DNA of 61,641 nucleotides, from NCBI GenBank assembly GCA_963771175.1, contig CAVYSY010000009.1, positions 1 through 61,641 on the forward strand, given 5' to 3'. Each line of letters starts with the position of its first letter. Within the stretch, counting starts at the first letter, position 1. The stretch comes from an uncultured delta proteobacterium (GTDB lineage Bacteria; Myxococcota; Myxococcia; Myxococcales; Myxococcaceae). The notes under the pieces were generated by a model. It was not told the DNA's origin and made no database searches. It was given only the letters and a program-made list of their open reading frames with translations. The position numbers and the translations under genes are program-made. Shown one piece after another: positions 40,974 through 50,298 of the stretch.

Positions 40974-42899
40974 TCAGCAGAGGGAATCGGCGGGGTCGGG
41001 CCACTCCCAGGCGGAGCGGTAGCCTTCGCCTTCCTGGGTGGACTCGATGAAGCGAGCGTAGAAGGGGTGGCCGCTGAGGGTGGCCGAGTCCCCCACGACG
41101 AAGAGGTGCCGGCGGGCGCGGGTGAGGGCGACGTTGATGCGGCGCAGGTCGGTGAGGAAGCCGAGCTGGCCCTCGGAATTGGAGCGGGTGAGGGAGACGA
41201 GGATGGCGTCCTTCTCGCGGCCCTGGAAGGCGTCCACGGTGTCCACCTCGACGTCGGCGGAGAGCTGCTCGACGCGCTCGCGCAGGGCGTGGGCCTGGGC
41301 GCGGTAGGGGGTGATGACGGCGAGCTCGCGCGGAGAGAGCCCCGCGGCGAGCAATTCCTTCACGCGAGCGACGACGAGGTCCGCCTCGCCGCGGTTGAAG
41401 AGGCTGCCGGTGTCCTTCTCCTGCTCCTCCTCGAAGCCCTTGCCGGCGGTGTCGAGGAAGAGGACGGGAGGGGCGTCCACGGAGGAGTCCGGGGGCAGCA
41501 CGCCCGCGAGGGTGATGTCGGCCACGCTGGGGTGGGCGCGCAGCTCGCCGCCGTACATCTCCTTCGAGGGGAAGGACATGATGGCGGTGTTCATCCGGTA
41601 CTGCTCGCGGAGCATGCGCTTGACGTCCTCGCCGTGGTCCGCGAGCAGGCGCTCGAAGAGGCTGACGGCGAGGCCCTGCTGCGCGGCCTCCTGGGAGAGG
41701 ACGGTGGGAGGGAGCTGCTGCGGGTCTCCGGCGAGGATGACCTTGGGAGCGCGGAGGAAGCCGAGCAGGGCGAGGGGCTCGGTGGCCTGGGTGGCCTCGT
41801 CGAGCAGGGCGAGGTCGAACTCCTCGTGGGAGAGGACGCCGGAGTCGAGGCTGGCGAGGGTGACGCACACCACCTGGGAGCGCTCGAGGACGGCGCGCAC
41901 GGCCTTGCGCTCGAGGGCGCGGGCCTCGTCGAGGAGGCTCTTGGCCTCGGAGGTGGAGGCGCGGGCCTTGGAGAAGCGGGAGCTGCTGCGGCCCTGGGTG
42001 CGCTGGCGGCGGGCGTAGCCGAGGAGGGAGAAGGCCTCGTCGAAGAGCTCGCGGGAGAGGACGCGGTCGGGGTGGTCCTCGACGACGAGGTCGAGGGTGT
42101 GCTGCTGGAGGCGGGGAGTGACGCGGGCGGGGTGGCCGACGCGGATGGCGCGCAGACCCTTGTCGAGACAGAGGTCCAACAGGTGGTCCACGGCGGCGTT
42201 GCTGGCGGCGGTGCACAGCAGACGGTGGCCCTGGGAGACGGCCTGTGCGGCGACCTCGGCGAGCACGGTGCTCTTGCCGGTGCCGGGAGGGCCGTGGACG
42301 AGGAAGAAGTCCTCGGCGGCGAGGGCGCGGGCGACGGCGTCGCGCTGCTCGGGGTTGAGGGGGCGGGAAGGGGAGAAGTCGCGGAGGTTGTCGAAGCGGG
42401 GGGGCTCGTTGCCGAGGAGGACTTCGCGCTTGCGGCGGGCGGAGCCCTTGTCGAGGGCCTTGACGCGGGCGAGGCCGGCGCGGACGCGCTCGAAGGTGAC
42501 GTCGTTGGGGACGCGGTCGAGGCGGAGCAGACCCTCGTGGATGAAGGGGGGAGGGGAGCGGTCGAAGGCGAGGGTGACGCGGGTGGCGGTGGCGCGGGAG
42601 ACGAGGGCGCGAGCGGGCTCCTTGACCTCGGCGCGGCGGGGCATGACGGAGACCTGGTCGCCGTTGTCCAGGCGGGCGGGGAAGCGGGCGCGGTCCTGGC
42701 GGGCGAGCGTCACCAGGACGCGGCCGCCGAGGCCGACTTCCTCCTCGATGCTCTCCAGGTCGAGGAAGGAGAGGCCCTGCTCGGCGCGCTGCTGGAGGGA
42801 CATGCCCTCGGCGAGGGCGTCCATGCGGGCGCGCTCGGCCTCGCGCTCGAGGGCGAGGAGGCGGCCAAGGGAGTCGAAGAAGGAGACGTCGCGAGGCAT
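40974..42899 (-). CDS. SF1B Upf1/IGHMBP2-like helicase
   Basis: LNPEQ, GPPGTGKST, SNAAVD, DEATQ, GDPQQLPP, QYRM, TVDAFQGREK, NVALTRAR. Confidence 0.95.
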   Translation of the reverse strand: MPRDVSFFDSLGRLLALEREAERARMDALAEGMSLQQRAEQGLSFLDLESIEEEVGLGGRVLVTLARQDRARFPARLDNGDQVSVMPRRAEVKEPARALVSRATATRVTLAFDRSPPPFIHEGLLRLDRVPNDVTFERVRAGLARVKALDKGSARRKREVLLGNEPPRFDNLRDFSPSRPLNPEQRDAVARALAAEDFFLVHGPPGTGKSTVLAEVAAQAVSQGHRLLCTAASNAAVDHLLDLCLDKGLRAIRVGHPARVTPRLQQHTLDLVVEDHPDRVLSRELFDEAFSLLGYARRQRTQGRSSSRFSKARASTSEAKSLLDEARALERKAVRAVLERSQVVCVTLASLDSGVLSHEEFDLALLDEATQATEPLALLGFLRAPKVILAGDPQQLPPTVLSQEAAQQGLAVSLFERLLADHGEDVKRMLREQYRMNTAIMSFPSKEMYGGELRAHPSVADITLAGVLPPDSSVDAPPVLFLDTAGKGFEEEQEKDTGSLFNRGEADLVVARVKELLAAGLSPRELAVITPYRAQAHALRERVEQLSADVEVDTVDAFQGREKDAILVSLTRSNSEGQLGFLTDLRRINVALTRARRHLFVVGDSATLSGHPFYARFIESTQEGEGYRSAWEWPDPADSLC

Positions 42900-43029
42900 G
42901 GGGGAGGTTTATGCCACGCGGCGCGGCCCTGCATGCCTGCCGTATGAGGCCGGGCGCTCGCTGGGCGACGCTGGTGGGAACTCTTCACTCATGCTCGCTG
43001 GTACCGGACGGCGTTCTTGTTCCGCTCCA

Positions 43030-43440
43030 CTCCTACGTGTTGCCGAACGCACTGTCCCCAACGTGCAGGTGATCGCGACGACGCACGACCCGCTCTGCCT
43101 TCAGGGTCTCAATCAGGGGGAGGTAACGGTGCTGCGGCGCAAGTCGGGCCGCCGCGTGTTCGCGGTGCGCGATCTGCCCTCCTCCGAGGGCATGACGGCC
43201 GACCAGTTGCTCACGTCCGAGCACTTCGGGCTCGAGAGCGTGATGAGCCGTGAGACGAGCGACCGGCTCAAGGAATACTACCGCCTGCTCGCTCTCCCGA
43301 AGCGTTCGTCAAGCGGGAACTCAAGGACTTGCACTACATGGGCCGCACGCGGCGCGAGCAGATGATGCTGGAGGTGATCGACGAGTACCTCGCCAGCATT
43401 CCGCCGGAGGACGAGCAGGCTCAGCACGACCTGAATCACG
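43030..43440 (+). pseudogene. C-terminal remnant of an ABC/AAA_21-type ATPase
   Basis: PNVQVIATTHDPLCL (H-loop), TADQLLTSEHFGLES, GRTRREQMM. No start, no Walker A/B, internal frameshift. Confidence 0.7.
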
Positions 43441-43565
43441 AAGGGCCCAGTCTTCGGAGGTGGAGACTGGGCTCTTGTTGTAGCCTACTGGGCCCTTGTT
43501 GTTCAGCCTACAAGCGGACCCTTTTGTGCGACAGACAGGCCCGTCTTGAAGCTGGCGCTGGCCCC

Positions 43566-43802
43566 TTACGAACCACTGGCCAGGGTACCGGCCTTCTGCG
43601 CGGCCTCAAGAGCGCTCATGTACCCCGCAGCGCTCCGATTGACCTCCTTCAGCAAAGAGCCTTCCACTTTGAAGAGGGAGTCGTTCTCGTGGTTGGCGTT
43701 GGTGCTCCCCCGCGCTGCTTCGCGCACAAGGGTCAGTAGCTCAAGGTTCACCTTCAGTTCATCCCTGGCCACCATGAATGCCGGCTTCGTTCCTGGGGTC
43801 AT
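43566..43802 (-). CDS. Small hypothetical protein
   Basis: MTPGTKPAFMVARDELKVNLELL...; RBS GAGGAG; 78 aa. Confidence 0.5.
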   Translation of the reverse strand: MTPGTKPAFMVARDELKVNLELLTLVREAARGSTNANHENDSLFKVEGSLLKEVNRSAAGYMSALEAAQKAGTLASGS

Positions 43803-44000
43803 CCGTGTCTCCTCATTCCTTGTCGATCGGCAATGCTCCGCACTGCCTGCCCTGACATAGACACTGGACTCGCTGGGGTGGCAAGCACACGGCAGGTCGG
43901 GCGCATGGGAGCCACCTGGAATGTCGACGTGACAGTGTCGCCTTCCTCTCACTTCTCAGCACCGTCGGACTCCAGCGCCGCGCGCGCGCAGTTTGGCGAC

Positions 44001-44192
44001 CTAGTGCTTGGCCTGGGCTCTCGCACACCTCGTCCGCGCCTCGGCACTACCGTTCATCCCTCGCTGCGCCTTCTGCAACTCCACCTCAGCCCTGGCCAGT
44101 CGAGCCGCCAGTGCCTCCCGCTCCGTTCGTGTCGTCATGACGACGGGTGGTGCAGGAGGCATGCTCGCCGGAGGCACCTCGCGCCGTCCCAC
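44001..44192 (-). pseudogene. Small helical protein, copy 1 (appears truncated)
   Basis: REALAARLARAEVELQKAQRGMNGSAEARTR; paralog of 45476-45697. Confidence 0.55.
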
Positions 44193-44297
44193 CGCTCTCG
44201 TAGCCCCATGGGCTCGGCTCCTCAGGGCCAGGGGGGGAGGGGCTCCTGGTGGACCAAGCCTGGACGTACTAGAGCCGCACGCCTAGTGTGGCGTGCC

Positions 44298-45464
44298 ATG
44301 AAGGACTTATTCCCCGGCTACTACCGTCCGACCCAGGAGGAGTTCGACGACCTCTGGAAGAAGGCCACGTTCGTTTTCGACGCGAACGTCCTGCTCCACA
44401 TCCACCGGCGGAACAAGCAGACCCGGAGGGCCATCCTCGATACGCTCAAAAAGTTGGGCGAGCGGCTCTGGATTCCCTACGAGGTCGCCGCCGAATACCA
44501 GCGGAACAAGCTCAAGGTGGCCCACAGCCTCGTGGATGGCTGCAAGACGGTCCTCGACGGGCTTGATGGACTCAAAGAACAACTGAAGTTACGTGATCTT
44601 CGCGAGCACCCGTTCCTGGATGCTGACGCTCTGACGAAAGGCCTCGAGCAACTCGCCGAACAGGTCAGGCAGGCACGGGAAAACAGTCGCGGTTTCTCGT
44701 TGGATGATGCTGAGAGTATTGAACTCGCATCCCTACTTCGAGGGCGGCTCGACGAGCCTTACTCCGGGCAGTTGCTAAGTAAAAAGCAAGAGGAAGCAAA
44801 GACCCGCGGCAAGGCGAAGATTCCTCCCGGCTACAAGGATTTCGAGAGCAAGAAAGACGAAGACCTCGCCGGAGGCGATGCTCTCATCTGGTTCAAATTG
44901 CTAGAGCGCGCAAAGGAAAAGCAGTGTCCCATCATCTTGGTCACCGACAATCAGAAGGAAGATTGGTGGTGGACCCACAAGGGACGCACACACGGACCCC
45001 GTCCGGAACTCGGCCAGGAGATTTGGAGCTTCGCTCAGCAACGCTTCTACATGTACACGCTGTCCGCCTTCCTTGGGCTCGCCGGCAGACACCTTGGGCA
45101 GAACGTCCCGGCAGAGGTGGTCAAGGAGGTGAAGGCGCATGAGCAAGAGCAGAAGGCTCTTGCGGAGGCGAGTGCGAGAGAGGCGGCGCAGCTTATTGTG
45201 CGCCGCACCGACATCCGGAGAACAATACAGGAGTACGAGGCCGAGAAGCAGATGCTTCTTGCGCAAATATCAAGACACAACGCATATACACATAAAGATT
45301 CATCAAGTGCTGTTGCTTCGCTCAAGGCGAAGTTGATCGAAGCACGGGTTTTGGGCGCGCAAGAGCGCCTCAAGGTGGTCGAAAGCACACTTGACCATGC
45401 TTGGCGCATGGAGAGTGAAATGAGTTCCAGGCTCCTCGCCATGTCCAGCGAGCCTGCGGAGTAG
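44298..45464 (+). CDS. PIN-like domain protein (PIN_8/DUF4935-type), lower GC
   Basis: MKDLFPGYY.PT.EEF..LW...FVFDANVLL, LWIPYEVAAEY, IPPGYKD, GDALIW, LVTDNQKEDWW. Confidence 0.85.
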   Translation: MKDLFPGYYRPTQEEFDDLWKKATFVFDANVLLHIHRRNKQTRRAILDTLKKLGERLWIPYEVAAEYQRNKLKVAHSLVDGCKTVLDGLDGLKEQLKLRDLREHPFLDADALTKGLEQLAEQVRQARENSRGFSLDDAESIELASLLRGRLDEPYSGQLLSKKQEEAKTRGKAKIPPGYKDFESKKDEDLAGGDALIWFKLLERAKEKQCPIILVTDNQKEDWWWTHKGRTHGPRPELGQEIWSFAQQRFYMYTLSAFLGLAGRHLGQNVPAEVVKEVKAHEQEQKALAEASAREAAQLIVRRTDIRRTIQEYEAEKQMLLAQISRHNAYTHKDSSSAVASLKAKLIEARVLGAQERLKVVESTLDHAWRMESEMSSRLLAMSSEPAE

Positions 45465-45475
45465 ACGGGGGCATG

Positions 45476-45697
45476 TCATGCCGTCCTGAGGCGAATCATG
45501 CACTGGTAGGCAGCACTCGGCATGGGTTCGCAGTGCCTTGTCCTCGCCCCGGGACTGCCGTCCATCCCACGCTGCGCCTGCTGCAACTCCCTTTCTGCCC
45601 TGGCCAGACGAGTCGCCAGGGCCTCCCGCTTCGCCGGGGATGGTGTCAAAGGATTCGTTCTGGCCCCGGGAAGGTGTGCCGGGATAATGTCAGGCAT
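45476..45697 (-). CDS. Small helical protein, copy 2
   Basis: MPDIIPAHLPG...REALATRLARAERELQQAQRGMDGSPGARTR. Confidence 0.55.
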   Translation of the reverse strand: MPDIIPAHLPGARTNPLTPSPAKREALATRLARAERELQQAQRGMDGSPGARTRHCEPMPSAAYQCMIRLRTA

Positions 45698-45734
45698 TTT
45701 GTACGGGCACCTCGTACGGGCCAGAGGCGACGCA

Positions 45735-46489
45735 TCAGCGGGGCTCGTAGCCGTCGCCACCGTCCAGGCTGGTGACAGGAGGGCGCGGCACCGCGACGGG
45801 CAGAAGGCATTGGCCCTGGTAGGCCACGGTCTGCGGTGGGCAGGGGCGCTGGGTGACGGAGAGCCAGCATACGCCGGACACCTCCACCTCGAGGCCCTCC
45901 GTACAGGGCGCCCGCTTCTGGTTTTTCCCGGGCGCGGCGCGTCGCCGGAGCGGACCGGCACGGGGTCCACGTGGACGTCCGTGACCCATACCTCCACCGT
46001 GGCCTCCTCTTGCACCCCCACCTCGGCAACAGGGGCCAACGCCGCCGGCAGCAGTGCCACCACGAGCGCGGCGACACCCGATAGCGCGGCCAGCCCCAGG
46101 CGCCACCCCGGGCGAGACTCGTTGGACTCGTGGAGCGCGTGGTCCATGCGCCCCACGGCCTCGCGCACATCCTCGAAGGTGCACACCAGCGACTCCACCG
46201 AGTGACTGTCGGGGGCCACGGACCTCGGGGGCTCCTCCACTTGCATGGCGACGTAGCCAGGCGAGGCCGAGGAGATGAAGCGGACCCGCCAGTCGGTCAG
46301 CCGCACCGAGCCCTTCTCGTCCTCGGCGGCGGGCTTGAGCACCAGGGCCGTCGCCCCGCTCGTCTCGTGCGTGGCCCGGTAGAGCTCCCCCCGGCTGTAC
46401 TCGTCCTGCGGCACCTGCTCCTGAAGTTGATACGGCCCCACCTGCTCCACATCATCCCCGCTCGATTCGGACTTCTTCTGCTCGTCCAT
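45735..46489 (-). CDS. Degenerate kinase-N-lobe membrane protein with Cys-rich C-terminus, frameshift near 45925
   Basis: VGPYQLQEQV..GELYRATHETSGATALVLKP; TM segment; NQKRAPC..EVEVSGVCW..RPCPP..YQGQCLLPV. Confidence 0.65.
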
Positions 46490-46700
46490 GCGTGCTCCTC
46501 GCGGGCCTCCCCGCCTGCCCGAGGCCCTGAAACCCTTGTCCGCCCCGAGCCGAGACCCCATTCCAGCGGGTGCATCCGGTGGATGCGGCCGGGTGTCTTG
46601 GGAAGTGGTTTGCCTGGAAGTGACTCCAGGCGTCAACTCCCCTGACACAGGGGTCTCCCATGGACCCCTCGTCCCTCCTCGGGCGGGGGGGCCATGCGGC

Positions 46701-47283
46701 TTACCAGCGATTCGGTGTGAAGAGGCAGTCGATGAGCCGCGCCTCGCCGAGGCTGAAGTTGGCCGTTCGCGGGACCAGGTCCGGCACGGGGTGAAGAGGA
46801 CCTCATTGGGCAAGCGGGTGTAACCGAAGGTCGACTCAATGAACTCGGCGAGGCGGGTCTCGCGTGACTGGTACTCGGGGGGAATGGCGGGAAGCCGAAC
46901 CACCCCTTCCGCTCGGATGGTCCCATCTGCTCCAGCTCGGACACATAAAGGGCATACACCGGCGCGAGCTGGCTCAGCAGGCATACGACGCTTTGGTAGT
47001 GGGGGTCGCCCGGTACGAATCCCGGTTGGGATATGCGGCAACCGTAACAGGGATCGCTCAGGGGCACCGATGTGTCCCAGAGAGAGCAGTCGCGAAATTC
47101 CTTTCGCACCCGCTGATAGAAATCCTTCCAGGTCCGGGAGCCTGCCGCATTGGCCTGGAGCAGCCGGGTGAGGCGATGGGCTTCTTCCGTGGCGGCGTAG
47201 CGCGGATCCGCGTTGTGGAGGCCGACGGGGTAGTAGCGGTGGACAAGTTGGACGAGCGCGTCGGCCGTCAGTTCCGGCTTCAT
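46701..47283 (-). CDS. Hypothetical protein (possible orphan immunity-like), two frameshifts
   Basis: RBS AAGGAG; MKPELTADALVQLVHRYYPVG...SQLAPVYALY...EFIESTFGYTRLPNEVLFTPVPDLVPR..CLFT across frames at G runs. Confidence 0.65.
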
Positions 47284-47675
47284 GTCGGGGCACTCCTTGG
47301 TTCGTTTCGATGGGGAGGGCCGCCGGTCCTCTTCGTTCATTGGAGCGGCGTGGTAGAACATGCTCAAGGCATCGTGCTTCCTGGAGACGACGACCCGTTG
47401 GAAGCCAGTCACCGTGGCGGCCAGGAGTGGCCGAAGTCGTCTCCCAGGATGTGCCTCACTTCCTCGGGGCTTCCGTCCTCGGGCCTGGCAATATTCCACG
47501 CGCTCGCTCCGCTCATCGTCGATACAGCGGATGACCTGGTGGGCATGGGCGAGTAGGGCTCGGACTCGCCCTCCGCGCGCGAGCCCGGCCGCGAGTGCGC
47601 GGTCGCACGCAACAAGCGAGGGCTTCGTCCGATAATCCTCCTGATGGCCGAGCTGGCCGCGCTCCCGGTGCCCCC

Positions 47676-49335
47676 ATGTCCGTCTCCTCGAGTTCCCGTT
47701 CTGGCAAGAACCTCTCCACCCGCCCCAGGGAAGAGTCCCGGAAGGACCCCGTCCAAGAGCAGAAGTCCAGGTCGCTCCAGGAGAAGGGTGCTCCGCCGCT
47801 CCAGCGGAAGATGTCCGCGCCCGCCGATGCCAGAGTCCTCGTGGGCTCGTGACAGCTTCGAGGCCACGCGCACCGAACGGTCGAGCGTGAGGTTCTCCGC
47901 CCCGGTCTCCACCCACATCCCCCTGGCGGCCAGCGGCGGTGCCATGCCGGGAGGGGGCCATGTCCCGGGAGATACCCTGAAGGTGCAGGCGGAGGACGGG
48001 CTCAACGTGCGCGCCGCGCCGGACACGAGCGGGACGCGCGTGGGTGGCTTCCCGGATGGCACCCTCCTCCAGGTGACGACCCCTCCCGAGGGAGGCCCGG
48101 CCGAGAGCAAGGGCTGGGTCCACGTCAGCGATGGGAAGACCTCCGGCTGGGTGAGCGCCGAGTTCGTGCGCCAGGCGGACGCCGCGGCGCCTCCCGCGCA
48201 GGTGCAGCAGGCGCAGCAGGTAGCGCCCGTCCACACCTCGGTGGTGCCGCCGCGCGAGGGCCCGCTGGCGATTGGCCACCATCTCTCGCCGGACCTCATC
48301 GTCCGCGACTGGCCCGTCTCCGAGGCGGAGATTCGCGCGGAGATCGACCGGGTGGCGAACGCGGGCGCCCATAGCGCCGCCCTCATCATCCGCCCCGACA
48401 GCCCACCGGAGGCGCTCGGGTGGGCGCTCGACGCGGCGGCCAACCGCGGCCTCGTGCTGGAGCTGCGCGTGGACTTCGCCCACCGGCAGTCCACTCCCAT
48501 CCACTCCAACCCCGATGGCTCCTTCTCCTACAATGCCCAGGAGGGCGCCACCTTCGCCAAGGGTCTCATCCGCCAGCTCGAGCAGCTCGACGCGCGCAAG
48601 CTGGGCGCCATCGGCTCCATCCAGCTCGGCAACGAGCCGTTGGACCCCAAGGAGCACACGAACTTCCTGGGCAGGAACTTCTCGGAGATTCCCCCCGGGA
48701 CGGACATCAACGCCGAGTACCTGCAGCTCGTGGCGGCGGCGGGCACCACGCCGGGCGAGGTGGCCCGCGACATGGGCCTGGCGGTGCGCGACATGTACGT
48801 GGACATCGGCCAGCAGCTCGCCGACCGCTTCGGGCGGGAGCTCACCACGAAGCTGGCCACGCCCGCCATGGGGGCCGGCTGGGCCGCGTACAACGACGTC
48901 GGCGCCCAGCGCGAGTTCTTCCTCGGGGTGATGGGCCAGCAGGCGGACGGCTCCTGGGGGCGCAGTGCCTTCGAGTTCGCCGCCCAGGCCGGGCAGCACG
49001 CCTACATGGACCCCAACGCCATGGCCATCGGCGCCTACCCCTCCTCGACGCAGGGGTACGAGGAGGCGGTGCGCATCGCCTCGGCGGCTGGCCGCACCGA
49101 CTTCGGCCGCCCCGTCTTCACCGAGGTGGGGCTCGGCCATGGCGAGGCCAGTGCCCTCGATGCCTTCATGACGCACGTGGTGGACGTGTGGAACAGGGCC
49201 CACCCGGACAAGCCGGTGGCGAGCGCCGCCATCTGGGGCTCGCACCCCAACTACGCGCACGAGCCCCTCTGGCACATGCCGGACCCGGCCAGCGTGAAGC
49301 ACGCGGTCGACGCCCACCACGCGGCCCACCCCTGA
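47676..49335 (+). CDS. SH3b-domain protein with clan-A glycoside hydrolase-like TIM barrel; probable frameshift near 47820
   Basis: GLNVRAAPDTSG...GWVHV...SGWVSAEFV (SH3b); IQLGNEP, HAY, VFTEVG. Confidence 0.7.
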
Positions 49336-49468
49336 GATTGCTGCCCGGGAGTTGTGGAGGGCTCGACTCGCGGCGGGGGTCGTCTGGCTACGTGCCTCCA
49401 TCCGAGTGGTATGCATCATGCTGGAGGAGCCGTCGGCCGGATGACAAGAGGGTGTATCAGGAGGTGCT

Positions 49469-50128
49469 GTGGACGCAGCGATGCTGAAGGTGCGACGAGG
49501 GGTGGGCGCGGTTCGAGTGGTCAGCATGCTGGTGTTGTTGGCCTTCCTGGGGTTGGGCTGCTGGCTTCATGAGGTGCTGGTGGTGCGGGGTTGGGAGGGT
49601 CTGGCCTGGCTGAGTTCCTTTCCCCTTGCCGCCATCCCCGGCTGCCTCTTCGTGGTCCTGGCCTCCCTGGTGCCTGTGTGGGGGCTGGCCGCCGTGCTCC
49701 GTTGGAAGGTGGGGCTGTATGGGGTGCTGGCCTGGGGCGTGGCCCTGGGCTCCTTCACCATCGCCCGTGCCGCCATGTACTCCAGCTTCGGCCGCTTCGG
49801 AATGATGCTGGCCATGCACCCCGATACCCGGGTGTCCTACCTGCTGTCGGTGTTCGGCTGGCTCTTCCTGGCGCTGGTCCTGACCAGCGCTGGGATGGGA
49901 TTGGGAGTGCGGTGGTTGGGTTTCCCGGTCCGGCGCCGCACGGTCTTGTTCCTGGCGCTGGCGCTGGTGGCGGTGTTTCCAGCAAGCGCGCTGACCATCC
50001 AGGTGCTGCCAGCGCTCCATGGGCAGCGGGACTTCATTCATGCGGTGAAGATGGGTTACCCCGTGTTCTGGACCATCCTCCTGGTCGCGGGGGCGGTGGC
50101 CCTGGGCAGGCAGCCGGTCCGCGGGTGA
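49469..50128 (+). CDS. Hypothetical membrane protein
   Basis: About 6 TM helices; C-terminal HAVKMGYPVFW. Confidence 0.65.
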   Translation: MDAAMLKVRRGVGAVRVVSMLVLLAFLGLGCWLHEVLVVRGWEGLAWLSSFPLAAIPGCLFVVLASLVPVWGLAAVLRWKVGLYGVLAWGVALGSFTIARAAMYSSFGRFGMMLAMHPDTRVSYLLSVFGWLFLALVLTSAGMGLGVRWLGFPVRRRTVLFLALALVAVFPASALTIQVLPALHGQRDFIHAVKMGYPVFWTILLVAGAVALGRQPVRG

Positions 50129-50202
50129 GCCCGCGCTCTGCCCGGCCGCACTGACATTCTGGCCACGGAGCCCCAGTTCCATGCGACAAGCTGTCTGCTA
50201 CT

Positions 50203-50233
50203 CCGGGGCAAGCCCACAATGGGCTTGCCCCGG
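50203..50233. terminator. Perfect 14-bp inverted repeat between convergent genes
   Basis: CCGGGGCAAGCCCA-CAA-TGGGCTTGCCCCGG. Confidence 0.6.
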
Positions 50234-50298
50234 TTACGGCAGCGGCCCTCCTCTTCCTCTCCGCACCAGCCCACCCCTCAGCACGGTCCCCATTCGGC

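Noticed and set aside
42097..43365. 422-aa ORF as an intact ATPase
   Set aside because: Mostly antisense to the helicase; only the last ~100 aa resemble an ATPase.
43833..44297. N-terminal extension on the PIN-like ORF
   Set aside because: Antisense to the small-ORF copy; the family-like sequence begins at ATG 44298.
47644..47820. RS/Pro-rich N-terminus on the SH3b protein
   Set aside because: Probably the wrong frame upstream of an indel; the alternative frame from ATG 47676 looks more natural.
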